Numbered from the stretch's first letter, positions 19,454 through 27,115 are shown. The stretch: 64,000 bases of DNA from Deltaproteobacteria bacterium (GCA_016212705.1 JACREU010000091.1:217-64216); one strand, 5' to 3'. The notes: generated by a model not told the origin, from the sequence alone. Made by a program: numbers and translations.

Positions 19454-19903
19454 TTATTTCGGGGCGGCCTTGCCCTCGCGTTCGAGCTGTCTTATGAACG
19501 CGAGCACGTCCCATCTCTCTTTTTCGGACAATATCTCCTGCCACCTCGGCATGGACATCGACTCTCCGCCGACCTCTTTGTGTATCCCCTCTGTTATGGA
19601 TTTAAAGAGCTCGGCGTCGGTCTTCGACATCCTCTTCGCGTCGTTTACGAAATCAGCCGGGTGAGGTGAGAGGGCTATGCCCACTGGCCCGTCGCCCATG
19701 CCCTTTTGCCCGTGGCAGAAGTGGCAGTACCTGAAGTATATATCCCTGCCCGCCGTTGCTTCGCCGGCTCCTGCCTGCATGGCCTGAGCCGCGGCCGGCG
19801 GCTTTTCAGGCTGAGGGGGGCTCTTTTTCTCGCCGGTGCATCCGGATACGGAAAGAAGCGCCGCAAGGGAGGCGGCTATGGTTATCGCGAGCGGCTTCTG
19901 CAT
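19454..19903 (-). CDS. monoheme class I c-type cytochrome lipoprotein
   Basis: Lipobox LSVSGC. Single CHFCH motif with a distal Met candidate (SMSMP). 149 aa. Confidence 0.75.
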   Translation of the reverse strand: MQKPLAITIAASLAALLSVSGCTGEKKSPPQPEKPPAAAQAMQAGAGEATAGRDIYFRYCHFCHGQKGMGDGPVGIALSPHPADFVNDAKRMSKTDAELFKSITEGIHKEVGGESMSMPRWQEILSEKERWDVLAFIRQLEREGKAAPK

Positions 19904-19954
19904 AAATGGGATATCCTTGTCTTCACATGCCGATACTGCCGGCCCGACACTCAG

Positions 19955-20950
19955 TCATTTAAGGGGTGTTACGAACTCGACCTTGGAGGAATCGCGCAGG
20001 CTTTTGAGCCATCCGCTCCAGAGCCTCTTGTACTCCTTGGCTTCGAGCTCCTTTTCGAGTTTTTCCTTGTTGAGCTCCTCGAACTTCTTCTGCACCGCAG
20101 GCTTGCTTCCCTCGAGCCTTATGACATGGTAGCCGTAAATTGACATGACCGGTCCGCCGACCTCGCCGGCCTTGAGCTTCGAGGCGGCGTCGTCTATCTC
20201 AGGTATTAGCTCGCCCTTGTGCGACCAGCCCATGTCGCCGCCATTTTTAGCGAACGGGTCCTCGGAGTTCTTCTCGGCGAGCTTGGCGAAGTCCTCGCCC
20301 GCCTTCGCCTTCTCCGCTAAATCCTTCGCCTTCTTGAGCGACTCGTTCCAGACCTTCTGGCCGCCTGAAGGGTCTGCCTTGACGAGTATGGACCTTAAGT
20401 GTATCTGCTCGGGCTCCTTGAACTTCGGGAGGTTCTTCTGATAGTAGTCCTTCATGAAGGCCTCGTCGACGGTCTTTTCCGAGAGCTTCTTTGTTTCCTC
20501 AGTTTTTTTCTTGGCGAGCCTCTCAACGACCATGTCCCTCTTGAAGTCCTCCTTCAAGTCGGCGAGCGTAATCCCGCTCCTCTTCAAGACCTTCTCAATG
20601 GTCTCGCCCTTCGGGAGCTTCTTCTTGAGTTCCTTGACCCTCGCGTCTATTTCCTTAGGGTCTACGTCGTCCTGTTTCGTTTCAACTGCGGCCTTGTACA
20701 TGAGCTCGTTGTTTATGAGCTTATCGAGCGCCTGCCTCTGTATCTCCCTCATCCGTTCGTCGGAGACCGACTGGTGATATGTCATGAGAGGGAGGAGGTT
20801 GCTTGTGGCGGTATCCAGGGTCTCCCTCGTTATGACCTTTCCGTTCACCTTTACTATCACGTCCGCCGGCGAAGTGGCCGCGAACGACGCCGGGGCGAGG
20901 AGCGCGACAAAGACGGCTGTGGCGAGGAGCCTTTTTGAAAAGCTTGACAT
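19955..20950 (-). CDS. parvulin-type peptidyl-prolyl cis-trans isomerase (SurA/PrsA-like chaperone)
   Basis: Signal peptide. SurA-like N-terminal region. Parvulin motifs: HLRSILV...GGDMGW...GYHVIRLEG. Confidence 0.7.
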   Translation of the reverse strand: MSSFSKRLLATAVFVALLAPASFAATSPADVIVKVNGKVITRETLDTATSNLLPLMTYHQSVSDERMREIQRQALDKLINNELMYKAAVETKQDDVDPKEIDARVKELKKKLPKGETIEKVLKRSGITLADLKEDFKRDMVVERLAKKKTEETKKLSEKTVDEAFMKDYYQKNLPKFKEPEQIHLRSILVKADPSGGQKVWNESLKKAKDLAEKAKAGEDFAKLAEKNSEDPFAKNGGDMGWSHKGELIPEIDDAASKLKAGEVGGPVMSIYGYHVIRLEGSKPAVQKKFEELNKEKLEKELEAKEYKRLWSGWLKSLRDSSKVEFVTPLK

Positions 20951-21336
20951 GTATGGACCTCCGGGGGTTAGTGATTGGCTATTATAATATAACGGAAATA
21001 AATAATAAATCTAAAATCTTATCCTGGCGGGCGAATAAACCGGCCCAGTGCCACATTCTATATTTTCAGTTTAAAATGACGGTTATGCGATTATTAAAAA
21101 ATTTTAACCTTCCGGGCAAGAAAACATTGACAAGACCATAAGAGAAAACAAAAAGGGGGAGACGCGGGCCGTTCGCGCCTGTTTCCGCGCGTTTTGTCGC
21201 CCCTGTCCGAATATGGAGGAGTATACATCAGGGTATGCTGTGTCGAGGTGATGATTCGCGAGGTATCCCCCCCCCCCTGGGTGGCGCCGTGGGCTTATGC
21301 AGGCACATCATCATAAGGGAGTGGCGCCGGATGGAG

Positions 21337-21373
21337 GCAAAAAAAAAGAAGGGCCGGTTTCCCGGCCCTTCTT
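21337..21373 (-). terminator. Rho-independent terminator of the tetraheme cytochrome gene
   Basis: 12-bp GC-rich stem AAGAAGGGCCGG/CCGGCCCTTCTT with a 4-nt loop. It is followed on the minus strand by a T9 run, about 30 nt after the stop codon. Confidence 0.85.
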
Positions 21374-21404
21374 TGCACCTTGCAGTCTCGCGACCGCAGA
21401 GTGA

Positions 21405-22295
21405 TTACTTCTGGTGGCAGGTTCTGCAGAGACCAGAACCGGTGTTGCCGCCGACCCTTCTAAGGAACAGGCCGTTGGACTCAGCTTCCTGGTCCGCGGT
21501 CACGTTCGAGTAGGTGGAGTCGATTTCCTGCCAAGACTTGTTGTTGAAGTGCGGATCGTGGCAGCTGGAGCACTCAACCTTGGAGGACCTGAGGAGGTCG
21601 GCGATCGTCGCCGAGTTGGAGACGAAGCCCTTTACCGCCCAGAGGTTCTTGGTGAGGTTGCCGTTGTCGTAGGTCGCGGCAGAGGTGTTGAGCTCAGAGG
21701 TAAGGTCGATACCGCTGATGGTTACGTTGGTGGCCCTCAGACCAGCGGCCGTCCCGGCGGCATAGGTCACGGAAACCGGGTGGTCGTTGGAGAGGTTAAG
21801 GCCGATGTTCAACCTGCTGGAGGTCATGAAGTCGGAGACGACTGACCCGAAGTCATAGAAGGTGTAGCCACGGTCCGAACCGCCGTTGACGACGCCGGAC
21901 TTACCAGGGGCGTTGACAATGTTGTCGAAGGTGGTTACGCCGTCATGGCATGAAAGACAGGCAAGCGAAGTCGAGCCGATGTCGGTGTTGAGGATCGAGG
22001 TACCCGCGATCGTCGAGCCATAGGCCGTGAAGGATGTCGGAGCGGAGGTGCCCCTGTTCCACATCGGCTTAAGGTTGTTGGCGGTGTTGGTGTGGTGAGG
22101 CGTGTGACAGAATACGCAGACTTCGGTCGTGCCCTGGGCGCCGATGTGCATCGAGAAGCCGCCGAGGTTGTGCCTGGAAGACGCGATGCCTGACGCGGCG
22201 TCGCCGTTGGCGTAGGTGTCAACTGCTGAAGCTGTACCGGCGGTGATGAAACCGATTGAGGCGACCGCTACTGCGATTGCGAGAAACCTTTTCAT
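21405..22295 (-). CDS. secreted tetraheme c-type cytochrome (doubled-CXXCH family)
   Basis: Sec signal (TASA/VD). Four CxxCH motifs: CVFCHTPHH, CLSCH, CSSCHDPH, CRTCH. SRHNL precedes heme 1 as in paired-CXXCH proteins. Gly/Ser/Thr/Asn-rich. Good RBS (AAAGGAG). Confidence 0.85.
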   Translation of the reverse strand: MKRFLAIAVAVASIGFITAGTASAVDTYANGDAASGIASSRHNLGGFSMHIGAQGTTEVCVFCHTPHHTNTANNLKPMWNRGTSAPTSFTAYGSTIAGTSILNTDIGSTSLACLSCHDGVTTFDNIVNAPGKSGVVNGGSDRGYTFYDFGSVVSDFMTSSRLNIGLNLSNDHPVSVTYAAGTAAGLRATNVTISGIDLTSELNTSAATYDNGNLTKNLWAVKGFVSNSATIADLLRSSKVECSSCHDPHFNNKSWQEIDSTYSNVTADQEAESNGLFLRRVGGNTGSGLCRTCHQK

Positions 22296-22371
22296 ATGAG
22301 ACTCCTTTCAATCTTTAAAGTTGTTTTTTTAGATACCTTGTTTCGTTTCGTCTCTGGCATTTTTTTTGGGT

Positions 22372-22422
22372 AAAAAAAATGCCTTCAGTTACCACCACCA
22401 GTCATCGGTAGTACCAAGGCAT
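22372..22422 (-). terminator. leader (attenuator-type) terminator inside the 5' UTR of the tetraheme cytochrome gene
   Basis: RNA AUGCCUU-GG-UACUACC ... GGUGGUA-ACUG-AAGGCAU forms two 7-bp helices, directly followed by U8. It lies about 75 nt upstream of the start codon. Confidence 0.45.
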
Positions 22423-22485
22423 CCATCGCCTGGAGGTCTGTCAGGGCCCGCCGTGAACCTTGTCAGCCTTCATTAAGTTACCACC

Positions 22486-22513
22486 ATTATACTCTTAAGT
22501 TAAAAACTGTCAA
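22486..22513 (-). promoter_or_regulatory. consensus sigma70 promoter of the tetraheme cytochrome gene
   Basis: Minus strand reads TTGACA-N16-TATAAT (plus strand tgtcaa at 22508-22513, attata at 22486-22491). This implies a leader of about 185 nt. Confidence 0.7.
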
Positions 22514-22677
22514 TAGGAAAATTAACAGGTTTTTAATAATTTTTTATGGAAGGGCTAATATTGTGTAAGTTGTTGTTTTTATTAAGTAAATATCTTTTTT
22601 GTTGTGCCATTTTGCCTTTTGGCCGGCCTTTTGAGGCCCTCTTCGCGTGTAAAAAGCCTTTTGTAAAAGTGCCTTCT

Positions 22678-22713
22678 CCCCTCCTTACCAAGGAGGGGCA
22701 AGGGGAGGTCGTC
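22678..22713. repeat. GC-rich hairpin repeat (CCCCTCCTT-ACC-AAGGAGGGG + CAAGGGGAGGTCGTC tail), family copy 1
   Basis: 9-bp perfect stem. Related copies lie at 30455, 34979 and 58140. Further small palindromes follow (22732-22754, 22764-22780, 22784-22806). Confidence 0.7.
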
Positions 22714-22824
22714 TTGAAATCACCCCACCCGGCCTCCCATTGTAGAGGGGAGGCGATTTACTCCTGCGCGCAAGCGCGCAACAAGGCCTTCAATTAAAAG
22801 GCCTTGCTTTTTGAAGGGCGGTCC

Positions 22825-22860
22825 AAAAAAAAAGCCCGGCGGGCTTGTGCCTGCCGGGCT
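22825..22860 (-). terminator. Rho-independent terminator of the NHL-repeat gene
   Basis: Stem GCCCGGCGGGC/GCCTGCCGGGC (one mismatch), loop TTGT, followed on the minus strand by T9. Confidence 0.75.
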
Positions 22861-22881
22861 GGATAATGCCAGGTGAGCCGC

Positions 22882-23922
22882 TTACTTCTTAATAACAGGC
22901 ACGCTCGTCCTCACTTTTGCCTTGTCCCCGAGGTACTCGAACTTCTCGATCCGCCTGTTCCAGGAGTCTACTACATATATATAGTCGTCCTTATCGACCG
23001 TGAGGCCCGCGGGCAGTATCATCTGCCCCCTGTCGCTCCCGTAGGAGGCGAACGCGAGGAGTATCTGCCCCTCCTCGTTGAATATCTGGATATTATTGAA
23101 GGCCGCGTCCACGACGTATATATGCCCTTCGCTGTCGACCCCGATGCCCTTGGGTCTGGCGAACATCCCCGGGGCGTCCCCGAACTGGCCGAAGGCCCGT
23201 ATGAACTTGCCTTCGGTATCGAATATCTGGACCCTGCCGTTCATGGTGTCTACTACGTAGAGGTTGCCCTTTGTGTCAACGGCTATGTGGGACGGGAAGT
23301 TGAACTCGCCCTCCTCCTTGCCCCTCTTGCCGATAGTGCTTATGTGCTTCAATGTCTCGGTATCGAAGACCTTTATGTTATGCGTGTGCGTGTCCGCGAC
23401 GTATATCTTCTTGCGCTCGAAGTCGGAGGCGATCCCGCTCGGCTGCTTGAAGGGCTGGTCCGCGACGAGGTTGCCGACGACCTTGCCGGTCGGGTCGAGG
23501 ACCGTAACCGAGTCGGTCTGGGAGTCCGATACATATATCCTGCCGTTTACGTCCGTCGCAACGCCTATGGGCTTGTAAAAGAGCTTCGCGCCCATCGCCG
23601 CGAGGGACGTGCCGGTCATGTTTACGGTGTCGAATATAAAGACGTCGGCGCTCGAGGTGTCGGTTACATAAATCTTGCCCTTTATGTCGGTATGGACGCC
23701 CATGGGCTTTCTAAGGGAGCCGCCGCCCTCGCCGCCGAGGAGGATGTCCATAGCCGCCGAGCCCTTCTTGAAGTCGGCTCCGCCGCGAAAGTCCCGGATA
23801 TATTTTATCCGGGGCTCGTCCGGGGGCTCGGGCCACAAGAGGTCCGGGAGCGGCGGCGCGGCGCAACCGTATATCAGGATGGGAAGGGCGATTGTGACGA
23901 GAACCTTGAATATCTTCTTCAT
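22882..23922 (-). CDS. NHL-repeat six-bladed beta-propeller lipoprotein
   Basis: Lipobox LIYGCA. Six or seven repeats of the G.IYV.D type roughly every 45 aa (IYVTD, IYVSD, IYVAD, LYVVD, IYVVD x2). Confidence 0.8.
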   Translation of the reverse strand: MKKIFKVLVTIALPILIYGCAAPPLPDLLWPEPPDEPRIKYIRDFRGGADFKKGSAAMDILLGGEGGGSLRKPMGVHTDIKGKIYVTDTSSADVFIFDTVNMTGTSLAAMGAKLFYKPIGVATDVNGRIYVSDSQTDSVTVLDPTGKVVGNLVADQPFKQPSGIASDFERKKIYVADTHTHNIKVFDTETLKHISTIGKRGKEEGEFNFPSHIAVDTKGNLYVVDTMNGRVQIFDTEGKFIRAFGQFGDAPGMFARPKGIGVDSEGHIYVVDAAFNNIQIFNEEGQILLAFASYGSDRGQMILPAGLTVDKDDYIYVVDSWNRRIEKFEYLGDKAKVRTSVPVIKK

Positions 23923-24140
23923 GTCGGACTCGTTCCTTGTTGTGTATTCTTTGTTTGTGTATCCATTACGGAAGCTTCCAAGGCCATTATCTAACTTTAA
24001 AATGATACTATGCCGAATCCGTCAAAGTCAAGGGGAAGGATGGTCCTGGCCGGACGGACAAAGTTCATATCGAAACGGCTTTGCCTGCCCTTGCTCTATA
24101 ACTTCCGAAGGACATTGCCGCCACGCCAGGGGGAGGGCGC

Positions 24141-24773
24141 CTACTTGAAAGTCTCCCTCTCAAGGGACTGCCCCTTTAGGATTATGTGGCACCTTACGCA
24201 GTTCTCCCTCGGCCAGAAGGTGAAGGCGACCTTGCCGTGGCACCTGCCGCACCACTGCCCCTTGAATATCTCGTCCATGGAGATCGGGTTCGCGCCGGCT
24301 TCAGGTATGAATATCTTCGGGTGGCAGTTGTTGCAACTCAGCCAGTAGGTGTGTATCGAGTGAGGGAAGATGACGTTAGCCATGAGCGGGACCTTGGCCT
24401 CTATGAAAATATTAAGGTTAAGCGGCTGGTCCTCGGGAACGCCGGGTTCGAGCGAGCCCCTCGGGTTTATATAGCCGTTTACAACCGCCGCGGTCCAGTT
24501 GACGTTGCCGGATGGGTCCTTGGGGAGCGAGTCGAGGGCCTTTATGTCAGAGGTGCCTTCCTTTATGTGAGACCTTCGTGCGACCTCTTTATAGAACTTC
24601 TCGTAATAGTCGTCGAGGTTGACCTTTTCATCGACCTTCTTCGGCATATCGGCGTTTACGAGGGTGTCGAAGTCATCGGCCATGCCGCCGCATCCTGTGA
24701 GGAGAGCCGCGCAGAAAAGCGCGAAAAAGAGGAGGCGGGCTGTATCGTTAAGGGACTTCCGCACCGGTTGCAC
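24141..24773 (-). CDS. c7-type triheme cytochrome domain lipoprotein
   Basis: Lipobox LLTGCGG. FPHSIH...CNNCH...GQWCGRCHGKVAF...CVRCH matches the triheme c7/c3-type pattern. Confidence 0.75.
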   Translation of the reverse strand: MQPVRKSLNDTARLLFFALFCAALLTGCGGMADDFDTLVNADMPKKVDEKVNLDDYYEKFYKEVARRSHIKEGTSDIKALDSLPKDPSGNVNWTAAVVNGYINPRGSLEPGVPEDQPLNLNIFIEAKVPLMANVIFPHSIHTYWLSCNNCHPKIFIPEAGANPISMDEIFKGQWCGRCHGKVAFTFWPRENCVRCHIILKGQSLERETFK

Positions 24774-24902
24774 CGTGTAGGGGCCTCAAGGCCTGGAGTT
24801 ATATTTTTTATACTTTACTACCTATAATAATTTGTACTATCAGTGCGTGCGTTTGTCAAGGGTTTAAATAATTTATCTCCTGAATAATGTTGACAATTTC
24901 AG

Positions 24903-26141
24903 GTGAAAAGGGTACTTAGTACGGCAATGCCTGGAAAAAAAACAATATGGTCCGTAGGCGGCGGCAAGGGCGGCGTGGGGAAAAGCATCGCCACCGCCAA
25001 TATAGGTTGCGCACTGGCCCAGAGGGGCAATAAGGTTATACTTGTCGACGCGGATCTGGGCGGCGCGAACCTGCACACCTACTTCGGCATAAGGCACCCG
25101 GAAAAGGGTCTCGACGATTTTTTGAAGGGCAGGGCAGGGTCCCTTGAAGATACCGCGCTTGAAACCGATGTCAAGGGCTTGCGCCTCATAACCGGCGGTG
25201 GCGAGTTCCTGGGGATAGCCAACCCGGCATTTGCCCAGAAGCAGAGGCTCCTCTCCCATATAAAAAAGCTCGAAGCCGACTTCATACTCGTAGACCTCGG
25301 CGCCGGCTCCACCTACAACATCCTCGACTTCTTCGCCGTCTCGAACGAGGGGATAGTCGTCCTCGTGCCTGAGCCCGCGGCTATCCAGAACGCCTATATA
25401 TTCCTCAAAAGTTTCGTTTACAGGAGGCTCCAGCGCCTCTTCGCCGAAAACGAAGGCATCTCCCGCATGGTCAGGGACGCGACGGACGCGAGGAGCGGCT
25501 CGTCGGTCAAGACCTTCTCCGACCTCTGCGAAAAGATAGCCTCTAAGGACAGGGAGGCCGCGAAGTCCGCGATAACCGAGATAAAGTCCTTCAGGCCAAA
25601 GGTCCTCTTGAACATGGCCGCCTCCAGGGAGGACCTGAAGGTCGTCGACGCCTTCAGGTCCGCCTCGAATACGTTCCTCGGCCTTGAGACCGATTACATA
25701 GGCGTCCTCTATTCCAGGCCGTCCGTCAAGGCCGCGGCCAGGCGCATGAGGCCGTTCATGTGCGACAGGACTGCGGACGACGCCCACAGGGACATGGGCG
25801 TCATAATAGAGAGCCTCCTTAAGGCCGCGGGAGAGGAGCCCATTGTCCGCCCCGTTCCCCAGAAGGAAGACGCGGCCCATGTACAGGAGGTATTCGGGTT
25901 CAACGACAACGTGAGCCACGCAGGCGCAGTCTACCATGTCCAGACAGAGGTCCAGGGCGGCAGTCTTCCCTCGATAGAGACGATCATATACTGCGGCGGC
26001 AGGATATATTTTTCAAAGAAGTCGCTCTGGAACGACATCGCGGAGGCGAACGGCGGGCTTGAGATAAAGGACTACGCCACGCGCCAGCACAGGGCCGCGA
26101 TGGCGGCTATAAAGATGGACAAGATCACACTCAAGGGCTGA
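24903..26141 (+). CDS. MinD/ParA-family P-loop ATPase with an unrecognised ~120-aa C-terminal extension
   Basis: Deviant Walker A GGGKGGVGKS. VLVDADLGGANLH and FILVDLGAG motifs. GTG start at 24903, or ATG at 24927. Confidence 0.75.
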   Translation: MKRVLSTAMPGKKTIWSVGGGKGGVGKSIATANIGCALAQRGNKVILVDADLGGANLHTYFGIRHPEKGLDDFLKGRAGSLEDTALETDVKGLRLITGGGEFLGIANPAFAQKQRLLSHIKKLEADFILVDLGAGSTYNILDFFAVSNEGIVVLVPEPAAIQNAYIFLKSFVYRRLQRLFAENEGISRMVRDATDARSGSSVKTFSDLCEKIASKDREAAKSAITEIKSFRPKVLLNMAASREDLKVVDAFRSASNTFLGLETDYIGVLYSRPSVKAAARRMRPFMCDRTADDAHRDMGVIIESLLKAAGEEPIVRPVPQKEDAAHVQEVFGFNDNVSHAGAVYHVQTEVQGGSLPSIETIIYCGGRIYFSKKSLWNDIAEANGGLEIKDYATRQHRAAMAAIKMDKITLKG

Positions 26142-26145
26142 ATAT

Positions 26146-26844
26146 ATGGGGTACGGCGTGGTGTTAATAGGCAAGGGAAGCGCCTTTACGGGCGATTTCA
26201 GGAAGCTCGTCGAGGACTGCGGCTATGAGGTCAGGGCCGGGGGAATGGACCAACAGGCGGATTTGAGAGACCTCTGCGTCTACGAGGTCGCGGACAAGGA
26301 CGACCTTAAGGGCCTCATGGAAATGGGGGGCCGCCTCCAGGCCGAGCCGTTTCTCGTCTTCACCGCTCTTGAGTCGCTTGACTGGCTCCAGCCATTGAGG
26401 GAGGCCGGGCTCATGGGCGTCGTCTCGCCCGCGTCTTCAGCCGAGGACGCCTCTTTCCTCTTGAACAAGGCCCTCTTCTATAAAAAGATGCTCAAAAGGA
26501 ACCCGAGGGTACAGGTGAACCTCCCGGTGGAGCTTAAAAGCGGGCCGCGCACCATAAGGACGAACGCGTCGCTATTAAGCAGGGACGGGATGTTCATCGT
26601 CACCTTGAACCCGCTCCCGGTGAACGCGCTCTGCGAGCTGAGGTTTTCACTGCCGGGCAGACCCCTTGAGACCGCCGCGAGGGTCCTCTATAATATCTCC
26701 ATAAACAAGGACCTGAACATCATCGCGGACCCGAAAGACCCATTCAAGAGGCTCGTCTCCCACCCGGGCATGGCAGTATTCTTTACGGGGCTATCGGACG
26801 CGGAGAAAGAAGAGATAGACGGGTATATAAAGGCGCTGGAATAA
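26146..26844 (+). CDS. receiver-like N-terminal domain + PilZ-like C-terminal domain protein
   Basis: The C-terminal half (KRNPRVQVNLPVEL...NASLLSRDGMFIV) resembles PilZ. The RxxxR / DxSxxG signatures are degenerate. The N-terminal half has a CheY-like pattern without a clear phospho-Asp. Confidence 0.5.
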   Translation: MGYGVVLIGKGSAFTGDFRKLVEDCGYEVRAGGMDQQADLRDLCVYEVADKDDLKGLMEMGGRLQAEPFLVFTALESLDWLQPLREAGLMGVVSPASSAEDASFLLNKALFYKKMLKRNPRVQVNLPVELKSGPRTIRTNASLLSRDGMFIVTLNPLPVNALCELRFSLPGRPLETAARVLYNISINKDLNIIADPKDPFKRLVSHPGMAVFFTGLSDAEKEEIDGYIKALE

Positions 26845-27074
26845 AGGCTATCTCTAAAAATTGTTCTTTTTCCTGACTGCTATGCGCAGGGCTAAAGTTG
26901 GCATGGAGTCTCCAGGCAAGTCAATTCTCCAGCCGTTTGATACGGATTTGCCAGTCCGGCGGGACTGCGTCAGGACGGAAATAAAAATGCTCACATATTC
27001 ACATATATGCTCCGCTTTTTATTTCCGCCCTTCCTTGACCTCAGAAAAAATTCCTAATTTTTAGAGGTAGCCTT
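26844..27074. repeat. 231-bp AT-rich MITE-like / structured element bounded by 19-bp imperfect inverted repeats
   Basis: AAGGCTATCTCTAAAAATT (26844-26862) versus AATTTTTAGAGGTAGCCTT (27056-27074), 18/19 complementary. Internal 11-12-bp hairpin: (C)GGAAATAAAAA (26978-26989) / TTTTTATTTCC(G) (27016-27027). Confidence 0.5.
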
Positions 27075-27088
27075 AAAATAATCTCCCC

Positions 27089-27115
27089 AAACCCCTCTTT
27101 AAAAAAGAGGGGTTT
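27089..27115. repeat. 12-bp stem hairpin AAACCCCTCTTT-AAA-AAAGAGGGGTTT in a convergent intergenic region
   Basis: Perfect inverted repeat between the PilZ-like (+) and PRTase (-) genes. Likely a bidirectional terminator or REP-like element. Confidence 0.55.

Noticed and set aside
22381-22485. GEMM-I/Ib (c-di-GMP/cGAMP) riboswitch in the cytochrome leader.
   Set aside because: I see only loose resemblance (GAC..CCUCC.GG and ACCGAUG strings). I could not place the GNRA tetraloop/receptor or the conserved P1/P2 junction nucleotides, so no riboswitch class is called without a covariance-model search.
22873-23994. 373-aa plus-strand ORF overlapping the NHL-repeat gene. Similar long antisense ORFs occur at 24873-25937, 59794-61134, 47422-48431, 54000-54764, 43307-44122 and elsewhere.
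   Set aside because: Their translations are low-complexity and Arg/Gly/Pro/Val-rich, with no motifs. The opposite-strand ORFs carry clear domain signatures (NHL blades, Walker A, MCP, AccD, TrpD). These are typical GC-rich shadow ORFs.
26861-27064. 67-aa ORF inside the MITE-like element.
   Set aside because: It has no RBS and AT-rich atypical codon usage, and it spans the internal hairpins. It is more likely non-coding.
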